A stretch of 59,071 nt of DNA, counting the filler, from Sphacelaria rigidula (Eukaryota): assembly GCA_964200075.2 (NCBI GenBank). It is 6 parts of 6 records of this genome, joined end to end, with 100 filler letters (N's around TTAATTAATTAA, not from the genome) between each part and the next. Parts side by side here need not be neighbours in the genome. Positions count along the whole stretch, not along the records: positions 1 to 9,763 come from CAXNAA020007817.1; positions 9,864 to 19,626 come from CAXNAA020007818.1; 4 more parts are not named here. One strand, 5' to 3'. Position numbers and translations under genes: made by a program. Position 1 is the stretch's first letter; every line of letters begins with the position of its first letter. Below the pieces are notes generated by a model, which saw only the letters and a list, made by a program, of their open reading frames with translations, was not told the origin of the DNA and ran no database searches. Positions 1 to 10,354 of the stretch are shown piece by piece.

Positions 1-37
<37 letters not shown>

Positions 38-73
38 TAATAATAATAATGATAATGATAATAATAATAATAA
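1..73 (+). repeat. (AAT)n microsatellite at contig start
   Basis: Direct reading; mirrored as (ATT)n at 9691-9763. Confidence 0.97.
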
Positions 74-1549
74 CAGTGTTTGTGAGGGGAGCAAATAAGG
101 GTCACTTCTGGTTGACGAAAGACTGCTGTTTGTATGACTGCTTGAATCTTGGAGTCTCTGGAGCCCGTGATAGGAAGGAAGTCTCTGGAGCAGCACTGTA
201 ACCTTGTTTTGATTCCAGACAGGTTTACAATAATCGTTTATTCAGGAAACTTGCCGATTCTGGATTAGGTTTTTGAAGTCGCACCCGACCGTTTGCAGAA
301 CGTGAGGACGCTCACGTTGAATAGCGTGGGGGGGGGAAAGCGGTGGAGAGAGAGACGCAAGCCACACGAATCCAAGGCGACTGCGGTGACAGGAGGCTGT
401 TGGAAGGATGGCAGCGCGAAGGAAAATGGGGCACCAGCGGGACGGTTGATAAGGTGAAGTTTGCAGTAACCGAATTGACATTGGGTGGATCGTTGAAAGT
501 GCCCGAATATGGGCGAGTATTCAGTGAGCAAGCTTTCACGCTTTTACCAAAGGTATCGAAAATATGAGGAGGCAGTGGGGAAAGGTAACAAAGGTCGGTT
601 GGTTAAGTGCCCACTCTTGGCCATGCAAGCGTTGGTGCCCAAGCACACATCCAGAACTGCGTGTCTGACACCATCTTTGACGGGTTGCAACTCGACGAAG
701 ATGAAGTGCAGCAAGGGATTGCACGCCACGCGAAATGCTGGATCGATATGGAAATTGATTCTTCCGAAGCTGCAGCAGGCGTGAAAAAGGTCCTTGCCGC
801 ACGGTCGAGTAGAAGGGTAATGGAGTTCGCTACAGGAGTACTTTGCGGAAAATGCGGGTGCGGAGTGCGTTTTCGTTGAATCTGACCGTACGTTCAAGGC
901 ATGTCCAGCACACACTATTACCAGAGTCATAATCGCCGGCCTGACCCCACCTGAGTTCGAGAAAATAAAGTTCAAAATATACTCTACATAAAAGGGATTG
1001 GAAAGAGAGCCCGAGAGTGGTTTATGAGGAAGACTGTTGAGGAGGTTGACAAACACCGCCGCCAGCAACCGCAATTCAGGCAAAAAAGCTGCTCACAAGG
1101 CTAAAAAAACTGGCATCGCATGCCAGTGCAGTCAGTGGCTGCGGCCGCCGCAGCGGGTAGTGGCGGTAAGATCTCGAAAAAGCCCCACAAACCTGGTCCA
1201 AGCTACGCATGTTGTTTTGAATGTGGCGATAAGGGCCACTACAAGAAGGACATCTAGCACATCAGGGATCAGATGTGCACACCCGGTGAAACTAGCCAAT
1301 AGTAATGTACGGAGTTTGCAATCGAAGACGTGCCCAGCGCACACCGCTCTGCACACTGGCTGGGAGCCGGTGGTGCTGGATCTGTGTCATTATGCGGTCA
1401 TGCCAAGTGCCGATGATGTGGTGATCCTCGGGAGCGGTACGCTGGAGGCCATGAGCATTGGCGTGTACAGTAGGCTGGACGCATGCGCACGCTCAGGACA
1501 CACGTTGGTGAGAGGTGTAGATACGCCTGAATTCTGAGAATGTAGACGT

Positions 1550-2494
1550 GTGAGCATTGCCATTGAGGCATTACAGTATCCAGGTGGACAAGGGGAGCCT
1601 GTGGATCCCTCCGTTGAGCAATTGATGTCGCGTGGTCCCGAGATGGACATGATTCCAGAGGAGGAGCTGGCAGAGCATCGGGTTGCATTGGATCATGCAG
1701 TAGAGGCTACCGCGGACAAGGGGATGTCGGCGAGCGGCGTTGATAAGCTTCGGGAGGTTGTCGGGCGCCGTGTCAACGCTTTCCGGCGAGCACTGGGCGG
1801 TGATCCGCCTGCTCGTGTAGAGCCATTGAGGGTGAGATTCAAACCTGGGGCTAGGGCAGTCAAGGCGAGCCCGCGGGTGTATTCCCCTGTAAAGACCGCG
1901 TGGTTAGCAGGGTGTATAGCGACGCTGGTGGCGCTTGGGCTCGTATTTCGCAGCTTACAGGTGGTGTGGGCGAGTGCGGCCATGGCGACGCCGAAGAAGG
2001 GCGGTTATCGACTGGTGAATGATTATCGCGCGGTAAACAAGAAGATTGAGAAAGCTCTCAATGTCATGCCTAACCACGAGGCGGAGATGATCGACCTGCT
2101 AGGCGCTGCGTGTTTTGGCAAGGATGGTATGCTGCAGGGGTACTGGCAGATGCCGTTGGCGGCTGATGCACAAGAGATATTTACAATCGCGATTCCCGAA
2201 GGTCTGTTTACTCCCACACAAGTGCCGCAAGGGGTGTTGAATGCGACGGGGCATTTTCAAGGCATCATGACAGGAGTTTTGACCGTACTTCAGTGCAAAG
2301 TATGGGTGGATGATATTTTGTGGTGGGGTAAAGACGAGAATGAGCTGTTGTCTATGTACACTAGACGAGAGTTTGGGCCCTTTGGAGGGTGCTGTTTTTT
2401 TTTGCGGCTGCTCACAAGTGCATGTTCTACGACACACAGATCACGTGGTGCGGAAAGGTCTTTTCAGGTGGTCAAGTGGCTCATGACCGCGTGA
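1550..2494 (+). pseudogene. pol: Ty3/Gypsy reverse transcriptase fragment (inverted duplicate)
   Basis: WASAAMATPKK-GYRLVNDYRAVN, GYWQMPL, PQGVLNA, VWVDDIL motifs; frameshifted and truncated. Confidence 0.92.
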
Positions 2495-2571
2495 AACTGA
2501 GTGGGCAGGCCAGTCTCAGGCGCCCGCGCACAGCAGGCGAGCTTATTCAGTTCCTGCAGGCGGTAAACTGG

Positions 2572-2660
2572 ATGTGTGACAAAAAATCCCACATCACTCC
2601 GAGAGTTGAACCCACGACCAATCCGTGAGAAGATTTCGAGGTTACAAACTGAGCAATCAG
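2572..2660 (-). mobile_element. 5' head of tRNA-derived SINE (truncated)
   Basis: Similar to 55590-55680; degenerate A box (TTGCTCAGTTTG) and B box (GGTTCAACTC) on the minus strand. Confidence 0.75.
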
Positions 2661-2664
2661 AAAG

Positions 2665-2797
2665 AACAAGGTCACAATGCTGCTCCAGAGGCTTCCTCCC
2701 TGTCACGGGCTCCAGAGACTCCAAGACTCAAGCAGTCATACAAACAGCAGTCCTCTTTCAAACCAGAAGTGACCCTTCTTGCTCCCCTCACAAACAC
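2665..2797 (-). repeat. 3' LTR segment of contig-1 Gypsy
   Basis: Diverged direct copy of 9556-9688; cut off by the SINE head. Confidence 0.8.
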
Positions 2798-3129
2798 AAT
2801 ATTCTACGCATTCAATAATCATCCTCCAAACCGTTGCCACACGATCCAAACTGATATCCATATGCCATCGTACTCCTCACGCTAGAGGTGCTACTGTACA
2901 TTCTCTACAGCACCCCCAAGCTACGTTCTACTCAAAGGTAGAAAACAAGCTTGATCATCAGTAGACACGACAATAAATCTGCGATGTCAAACGACAACAA
3001 AGCGGTATACTCGACGAACACCGATCGCATGATCCAGCCCATCCACGAAGTACCCAGACAACCAGTCACAACTTGATACCATACTTGGTCGTCAGACGCT
3101 CCCGTGCCTCCTTATTCAGTCTCAAATGT

Positions 3130-3518
3130 CGCAGTTTATATCGTATAAACTGCGGCGCTCCTCTCCAAATAACATCCAACGACTCCCATGAACTTTCGTC
3201 CTCGTCAAAACCTACCCATTCCACACGTACATCGTAGCCATGTCCTTCGTGAGCCTCTCATATCCCGGCGATTGCCTCCATCTCAAACTCTCCTTGAGCA
3301 TATGCATGTTGGAACACCTCCGTCAGATCCGCAGTGACCTCCAGTTCCTTGTCCGCATAGTATCGAAGACGTGCAACATGCGCGTCCCTTACCTCGCCAT
3401 TCACGATATTCTGAATCACGTAGACATGTTTCTGCTCCACTGCCACGATCCTTCCAGGTCCTGTCCACGTACTTACGAGTTTCGGCGTTGTTTCTGAGCG
3501 CCTAACCCGCGCAGCCAA
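3130..3518 (-). pseudogene. pol: Gypsy integrase C-terminus and chromodomain
   Basis: PKLVSTWTGP...HVARLRYY (GPY/F-like module), then after a break YDVRVEWVGFDEDESSWESL (chromodomain WxGF...xWE). Confidence 0.88.
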
Positions 3519-3609
3519 CTGTAGACTCTAGCCACCATTGTAACCTAATTGTTTCTGAGCGCCTAACCCGCGCAGCCAACTGTAGACTCTAGCCACCATT
3601 GTAACCTAA
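3488..3609 (+). repeat. Exact 61-bp tandem duplication spanning a TE junction
   Basis: 3488-3548 is identical to 3549-3609. Confidence 0.95.
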
Positions 3610-5430
3610 GGCCAGGGACAGTGAAGGTAGGGTTGCGGGTCTCACTGCCGGACTCTGTGATGGTGACCTCCATGACGAGTAAAGCCGGTTTTGCCACTCT
3701 GGTGGAGAGAGGTTACGGTCCTGTTCTCCTGTACTATGCTGAGGGTTAATAAATAAATAACTAAAGCTGCTAAACTGAATGTTCCCGTGATGGGAGGAGG
3801 CCACATGGCAATCTGATCTTGAGTGACAGAGGTCTATAATGAACGTTCATTAAGTCCGCTGACTAGTGGTAGGGTCCGCAAAAAGCAGCTGACACTTCAA
3901 GATAGGGAAGTCTGCAGGCCTGATCAGTTCGCAGCAGACAAGACCAGCTCAAGGCGTCTTAACGTCGCGAGGAGTTGGAGAAGTAGAGCCGAGGAGGTTC
4001 TGAGGCAGTGCTGGGGTGGGCTGTGGTATCGCTCGTGCGAGAGGTGCGAAGGCTTGACCGACAGCTGGCGAGCCCGTGCACGTTCCAGAGAAGCGGCGCA
4101 ATTACTGCCTGGTGGAGACAGCGAGAGTTGCTTGTTTCACGCTCGGCCAGGTACGTTCAGGAAGAGGAGTCTAAGGACTTCAAACACGTGGTGAGAACCG
4201 CGTGAGAAGGAGGCGTGTGTGGTCGTCGTTGTAAGGTGGTACAGCTCGTCTCTGTGTACGGAGAGAGTTGTTGTTCCTGTGAGTGGGAGGCGACTTCGTT
4301 TTTCAAAAAAGGCGGTGTGGAGTGCTGTACTGCTGACCGAAATGCACGAGGTGCAGGGGTATGTCGCGGTGGACGGCTATGATGTTCGTGCGCCGCAACA
4401 ATATGTTGTCATCCATGGTCGCGCTGTCCGTGTACGATTTCTGGATATACCCTACTACCGTCACAAGTTCTCAAGTGAAAAATCTGCTCAGTTTCAGTGG
4501 AAGTATGAGAACTACCTTCGTGAGATGCATGCCACGAACGAGCGTCAAGCACGCTGTCACGTTGTTGAGGAGCCAGCGGTCTCTGACATCATGCCCGCAC
4601 ATATCGAGGACTGTTTATGTGGCACATTTGTGGATGGTGCGAATGATGTTGGGCAAGAGAAATTGCTCTTTGCGCTGCGCAAGCATGCATCTTATGCATC
4701 GCTGGGTGTGGTGCAAGATAGTGTGAAGGTCGGCGGCGGTGGAGACAGGCACGTCATTTTGACGGGCAAGAAGGCGACACAACATAGGCCTGTCCGAGTG
4801 CGCAGGCACGAGAGCGCTAGAGGCGTTGCCGCTATTGCCGTCAAGGAGCAAGCCGGACAGGAGGTGGCGGCTGTAGCGAGTATGGGTGATACTACTACTG
4901 CTGTTGGCGATGTTAAGACGGCGAGGCCTACATGGGTCAATGAGCAAGTACTGGTGGGCGGAGGTCCCTGTTGCTTGTTGCCGCCGGACGAGCGCGTAGC
5001 TGGAGATACTTCTTGCATGCTCGAAGCTGCAGGTGAGAAAGGAGCTTGCCGTGCTCATGGTGAATCTATCTGCGCCAGTGACATGGCGAGAGATCGTTCA
5101 GATGATTCGCAGGGGTGTCTGCTTGAAGGGCAGGTGGATGCCGGGTTGGCGGAATCGCCGCCGGAGCAGCGCGTAGCTGTGGACACGCCTTGCATGGTCG
5201 CAACAATAGGGGCGTGTGACCCGCGTGAAGCGGATACGCAGAGCGAGCTGCAAGCTCGTGATGCTGTTAGCGATCACTATTTTGACGGCGACGACGAGCG
5301 TGGCGTGGTGTTGGGGTGGTCGTGTGCACTGCTGTTTACATAAACAGGTTTGGCGTATTTGACGGCGATGGCAGAGGTGTCTCCACTATTTCGCCGCGGG
5401 GTGTTTGAGGACGACAGTGTGCCATCAGGA
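3581..5430 (+). mobile_element. Nested, 3'-truncated LTR element in opposite orientation (putative LTR 3581-3805 plus gag-like ORF)
   Basis: Interrupts host integrase between GQLPN and AARVRR; starts TGT, has an AATAAA cluster near 3750, CA at 3804-3805 followed by TGG (PBS-like). Confidence 0.6.
4219..5343 (+). CDS. Gag-like ORF of nested element (decayed)
   Basis: 374-aa ORF; KFSSEKSAQFQWKYENY resembles host gag N-terminus EYSVSKLSRFYQRYRKY. Confidence 0.45.
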   Translation: MVVVVRWYSSSLCTERVVVPVSGRRLRFSKKAVWSAVLLTEMHEVQGYVAVDGYDVRAPQQYVVIHGRAVRVRFLDIPYYRHKFSSEKSAQFQWKYENYLREMHATNERQARCHVVEEPAVSDIMPAHIEDCLCGTFVDGANDVGQEKLLFALRKHASYASLGVVQDSVKVGGGGDRHVILTGKKATQHRPVRVRRHESARGVAAIAVKEQAGQEVAAVASMGDTTTAVGDVKTARPTWVNEQVLVGGGPCCLLPPDERVAGDTSCMLEAAGEKGACRAHGESICASDMARDRSDDSQGCLLEGQVDAGLAESPPEQRVAVDTPCMVATIGACDPREADTQSELQARDAVSDHYFDGDDERGVVLGWSCALLFT

Positions 5431-6520
5431 GCCACATATGATCAACCGACATGGAATTTGGCAACTGCCCCTTACTAGCAACACGTCGTTGCATTTCACG
5501 AGTCTTTCCAACACGCTGCGCCACCTCCTTCTGCAACTCTTGCTGCGCCTCCATGACTGATGCCACAGCACATCAAGCCGCCACTCGCCACCCGTCGACG
5601 ATACCAGGGTTGAAAAACTTGTGCGCGGCGCCCATCCAAACATCACATGGTATGGCGTACTGGCGTAGCGCTCGCGGAATGCTGTATTCAATGCCCACTG
5701 TACGGTAGGCTCCAGTTCCACCCAGTCACGAACGTTGCCCCTCTCTTCTTGCAGCATCGCCTTCAAAGTACGGACAACCTCTCGCATCATCCTTTCACAC
5801 GTACCATTTGACCACGGCGAGTTTGGAACCGCGAACGTCCTGTCCAGCTTCAGCGCCTTTTCCACTGCTCGCATCACATGGTTCTTGAAATGCGACGCGG
5901 TGTCACTAGCCCAGACCGCCGGCGGACCCGACGCCTTGCACCACGCCAACAGATGCTGCACCGTCGCTGCAGCTGCACAAGATTCGATGGGCTCCAACCA
6001 CGCGAAATTGTACAGATCATCCATCATTACAAATATGTACTTGGACCCATCGCCTTCATCCAGGCCGCTCTCGCCCAGCGGACCACTTCCACCGACGGAC
6101 AGATAATCAAATTGTATCACCTCACCGGGCCGTGTGCCATGCACAATGCAAGCGCTTCCTAACAAAAATTGTCACATGAGCTTCCATCCGAAACCAACAG
6201 CAATACTCTTCCAGCCACTGCAGTGTCGCTAGAACACTCCGATGGCCCGCCTCCTTCATGTGAGCACACACCATCAAGCGTGTTTGTAGCTCTTTGCTTG
6301 CGGCGGGATCCACAACTCATTCCGCCCTGCTACATGCACGCGACATAAACCCTCACCGTCTTTCGAAACTCGCCCAACAGCTGCTGCCAAAGTAGGGGCT
6401 CCAGCATCCATCACTCCGAACCCGGCTTGAGCCTGCTCTTGGGCCTCATGAAATAGCGTTCCTCGACGGCAGCATCTCATCAGGCTGACCGCTCGCAAAC
6501 ACAGCCGCAGCACGCACAGA
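5425..6520 (-). pseudogene. pol: Gypsy integrase (zinc-binding region plus DDE core)
   Basis: AHMKEAGH; QFDYL, SDTASHF, SPWSNGTCER motifs; split over several frames. Confidence 0.92.
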
Positions 6521-6559
6521 CACCGCCAGAACGTTTACCCACCTTGACAATGAATTTCC

Positions 6560-8214
6560 CCAGCAGTTGCACTCACCAGCAATGCGCCTCATGGAGTAAT
6601 CGTACTGCCGGAGCACAGCCTTTCATTGCTCGAGCCTCTGGGCAGTAGTCTTAGACACGGATGCAACGCACGCGTCGGGGTTAAAAATGTATGCCAGGAT
6701 ACGATGATGAGATATGTACCCCACCCCATAGAAGATATTCTAACCTACGGAAAGTACTTACGATTGCATGGCCTTCCTTGTCCACCATAGCCCAACGAAC
6801 CTGCGATCCACGAAACGTTCCGCTAAGAAACCCCATCGGCTCATGAATCATGTCTTCCACCGCCAATGTACCACCCAGCCCATCCTCCGGCACCTGCGTA
6901 AGAAAACTTCCCCTGCACAGATCCGATGCGTCTGGAAAAATGAGCACCTCATACGTCGTGTAGTCGTCTTTCCAGATCCGATGCGTCGTGTAGTCGTCTT
7001 TCCAACAGAATGCGCCACCAAATCTTGCGCCTCGTGCCATGCCTGAGCACGCCTGGACGTCCATGCCGACTCCTTGATTGTCCGGTGTGACGCCACTCGC
7101 TTGGTACGGCGTACGTTTCCCTGTATGTGCTCCTCCAGTAATACCCGCAGCGGCTCCACCACCTTTGCAAAACGCGGCGGGGATGTTCTCAGCCAGTTTA
7201 CCGCCTGCAGGAACTGAATAAGCTCGCCTGCTGTGCGCGGGCGCCTGAGACTGGCCTGCCCACTCAGTTTCACGCGGTCATGAGCCACTTGACCACCTGA
7301 AAAGACCTTTCCGCACCACGTGATCTGTGTGTCGTAGAACATGCACTTGTGAGCAGCCGCAAAAAAAAACAGCACCCTCCAAAGGGCCCAAACTCTCGTC
7401 TAGTGTACATAGACAACAGCTCATTCTCGTCTTTACCCCACCACAAAATATCATCCACCCATACTTTGCACTGAAGTACGGTCAAAACTCCTGTCATGAT
7501 GCCTTGAAAATGCCCCGTCGCATTCAACACCCCTTGCGGCACTTGTGTGGGAGTAAACAGACCTTCGGGAATCGCGATTGTAAATATCTCTTGTGCATCA
7601 GCCGCCAACGGCATCTGCCAGTACCCCTGCAGCATACCATCCTTGCCAAAACACGCAGCGCCTAGCAGGTCGATCATCTCCGCCTCGTGGTTAGGCATGA
7701 CATTGAGAGCTTTCTCAATCTTCTTGTTTACCGCGCGATAATCATTCACCAGTCGATAACCGCCCTTCTTCGGCGTCGCCATGGCCGCACTCGCCCACAC
7801 CACCTGTAAGCTGCGAAATACGAGCCCAAGCGCCACCAGCGTCGCTATACACCCTGCTAACCACGCGGTCTTTACAGGGGAATACACCCGCGGGCTCGCC
7901 TTGACTGCCCTAGCCCCAGGTTTGAATCTCACCCTCAATGGCTCTACACGAGCAGGCGGATCACCGCCCAGTGCTCGCCGGAAAGCGTTGACACGGCGCC
8001 CGACAACCTCCCGAAGCTTATCAACGCCGCTCGCCGACATCCCCTTGTCCGCGGTAGCCTCTACTGCATGATCCAATGCAACCCGATGCTCTGCCAGCTC
8101 CTCCTCTGGAATCATGTCCATCTCGGGACCACGCGACATCAATTGCTCAACGGAGGGATCCACAGGCTCCCCTTGTCCACCTGGATACTGTAATGCCTCA
8201 ATGGCAATGCTCAC
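6560..8214 (-). pseudogene. pol: Gypsy RT and RNase H
   Basis: VWVDDIL; FLQAVNWLR; FPDASD...FLSGTF...WAMVDKEG; frameshifts. Confidence 0.92.
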
Positions 8215-8226
8215 ACGTCTACATTC

Positions 8227-9255
8227 TCAGAATTCAGGCGTATCTACACCTCTCACCAACGTGTGTCCTGAGCGTGCGCATGCGTCCAGCCTACTGTACA
8301 CGCCAATGCTCATGGCCTCCAGCGTACCGCTCCCGAGGATCACCACATCATCGGCACTTGGCATGACCGCATAATGACACAGATCCAGCACCACCGGCTC
8401 CCAGCCAGTGTGCAGAGCGGTGTGCGCTGGGCACGTCTTCGATTGCAAACTCCGTACATTACTATTGGCTAGTTTCACCGGGTGTGCACATCTGATCCCT
8501 GATGTGCTAGATGTCCTTCTTGTAGTGGCCCTTATCGCCACATTCAAAACAACATGCGTAGCTTGGACCAGGTTTGTGGGGCTTTTTCGAGATCTTACCG
8601 CCACTACCCGCTGCGGCGGCCGCAGCCACTGACTGCACTGGCATGCGATGCCAGTTTTTTTAGCCTTGTGAGCAGCTTTTTTGCCTGAATTGCGGTTGCT
8701 GGCGGCGGTGTTTGTCAACCTCCTCAACAGTCTTCCTCATAAACCACTCTCGGGCTCTCTTTCCAATCCCTTTTATGTAGAGTATATTTTGAACTTTATT
8801 TTCTCGAACTCAGGTGGGGTCAGGCCGGCGATTATGACTCTGGTAATAGTGTGTGCTGGACATGCCTTGAACGTACGGTCAGATTCAACGAAAACGCACT
8901 CCGCACCCGCATTTTCCGCAAAGTACTCCTGTAGCGAACTCCATTACCCTTCTACTCGACCGTGCGGCAAGGACCTTTTTCACGCCTGCTGCAGCTTCGG
9001 AAGAATCAATTTCCATATCGATCCAGCATTTCGCGTGGCGTGCAATCCCTTGCTGCACTTCATCTTCGTCGAGTTGCAACCCGTCAAAGATGGTGTCAGA
9101 CACGCAGTTCTGGATGTGTGCTTGGGCACCAACGCTTGCATGGCCAAGAGTGGGCACTTAACCAACCGACCTTTGTTACCTTTCCCCACTGCCTCCTCAT
9201 ATTTTCGATACCTTTGGTAAAAGCGTGAAAGCTTGCTCACTGAATACTCGCCCAT
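8227..9255 (-). pseudogene. gag: Gypsy gag/protease remnants
   Basis: Lies between LTR and RT; DDVVILG protease C-terminal motif; fragmented ORFs. Confidence 0.65.
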
Positions 9256-9555
9256 ATTCGGGCACTTTCAACGATCCACCCAATGTCAATTCGGTTACTG
9301 CAAACTTCACCTTATCAACCGTCCCGCTGGTGCCCCATTTTCCTTCGCGCTGCCATCCTTCCAACAGCCTCCTGTCACCGCAGTCGCCTTGGATTCGTGT
9401 GGCTTGCGTCTCTCTCTCCACCGCTTTCCCCCCCCCACGCTATTCAACGTGAGCGTCCTCACGTTCTGCAAACGGTCGGGTGCGACTTCAAAAACCTAAT
9501 CCAGAATCGGCAAGTTTCCTGAATAAACGATTATTGTAAACCTGTCTGGAATCAA

Positions 9556-9688
9556 AACAAGGTTACAGTGCTGCTCCAGAGACTTCCTTCCTATCACGGG
9601 CTCCAGAGACTCCAAGATTCAAGCAGTCATACAAACAGCAGTCTTTCGTCAACCAGAAGTGACCCTTATTTGCTCCCCTCACAAACAC
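9556..9688 (-). repeat. 5' LTR segment of contig-1 Gypsy
   Basis: Direct repeat with 2665-2797; inverted copy at 76-208. Confidence 0.8.
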
Positions 9689-9726
9689 TGTTATTATTAT
9701 TATTATCATTATCATTATTATTATTA

Positions 9727-9763
<37 letters not shown>

Positions 9764-9863
9764 NNNNNNNNNNNNNNNNNNNNNNNNNNNNNNNNNNNNN
9801 NNNNNNNTTAATTAATTAANNNNNNNNNNNNNNNNNNNNNNNNNNNNNNNNNNNNNNNNNNNN
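9764..9863. other. Artificial 100-nt contig spacer (N + TTAATTAATTAA + N)
   Basis: Same spacer occurs five times; the linker has stops in all six frames. Confidence 0.98.
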
Positions 9864-9929
9864 GGGGAGGAGGTAGGGGGGGGGGTGGGGGGGGGGGGGG
9901 GGGGGCGGGGGGGCGGTGCCGGGGGGGGA

Positions 9930-10050
9930 TGGGGGTATTTTGGGCCGTTTTCTTCCACAAAGTTTACATTCCAATCGTCGTTAAAAGCAGGACCTGTTGT
10001 TCGAACCCGATAATGACGCTCATCTACACTGCTTGATACCGCCTATACCC
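9930..10050 (+). repeat. Interspersed repeat family (other copies ~21095-21165 + and ~49660-49810 -)
   Basis: Shared GGGTATTTTGGGCC...CAATCGTCGTT(G/A)AAA core. Confidence 0.55.
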
Positions 10051-10354
10051 AAATTCGAGCGCACAGCGATTGTGTTGGGTCGTTTGACGCACATATGGGC
10101 CCATTCTGGAATCGAACACCCCCCCACCTATCGTAGCATGACTTCGCTGCTACATGGACATCGAGCTCCTCTCTACGAATCCCGAATCAAGTCAATGTCG
10201 ACCTCATGCGCGGACAAACACAATAAAGACCTGCGCACGCTCATACATCACAACACCGCATCAAATCGCTCACAATATCAAAGAAAACAATAATTGAGGG
10301 TTCCTCGAGTCCTCCCGCCCCACGCATTCTCTCCCGGGAAATGAAACATCAGAC

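Larger units (their letters stand above)
1..2571 (+). repeat. Left arm of a 2571-bp inverted repeat (copy of Gypsy LTR-gag-PR-RT 5' part)
   Basis: Position x pairs with 9764-x; all ORFs are mirrored with identical translations (e.g. 1550..2494+ and 7270..8214-); identity stops after ...CGGTAAACTGG at 2571/7193. Confidence 0.97.
2665..9688 (-). mobile_element. Decayed Ty3/Gypsy LTR retrotransposon with chromodomain (chromovirus-like)
   Basis: Direct repeats at 9556-9688 and 2665-2797 (roughly 90% alike by eye) flank gag, PR, RT, RNase H, IN and chromodomain in Gypsy order; many stops and frameshifts. Confidence 0.92.
7193..9763 (-). repeat. Right arm of 2571-bp inverted repeat
   Basis: Reverse complement of 1-2571. 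Confidence 0.97.

Noticed and set aside
9568..9819. Poly-Leu ORF
   Set aside because: Translation of LTR plus (ATT)n microsatellite running into Ns.
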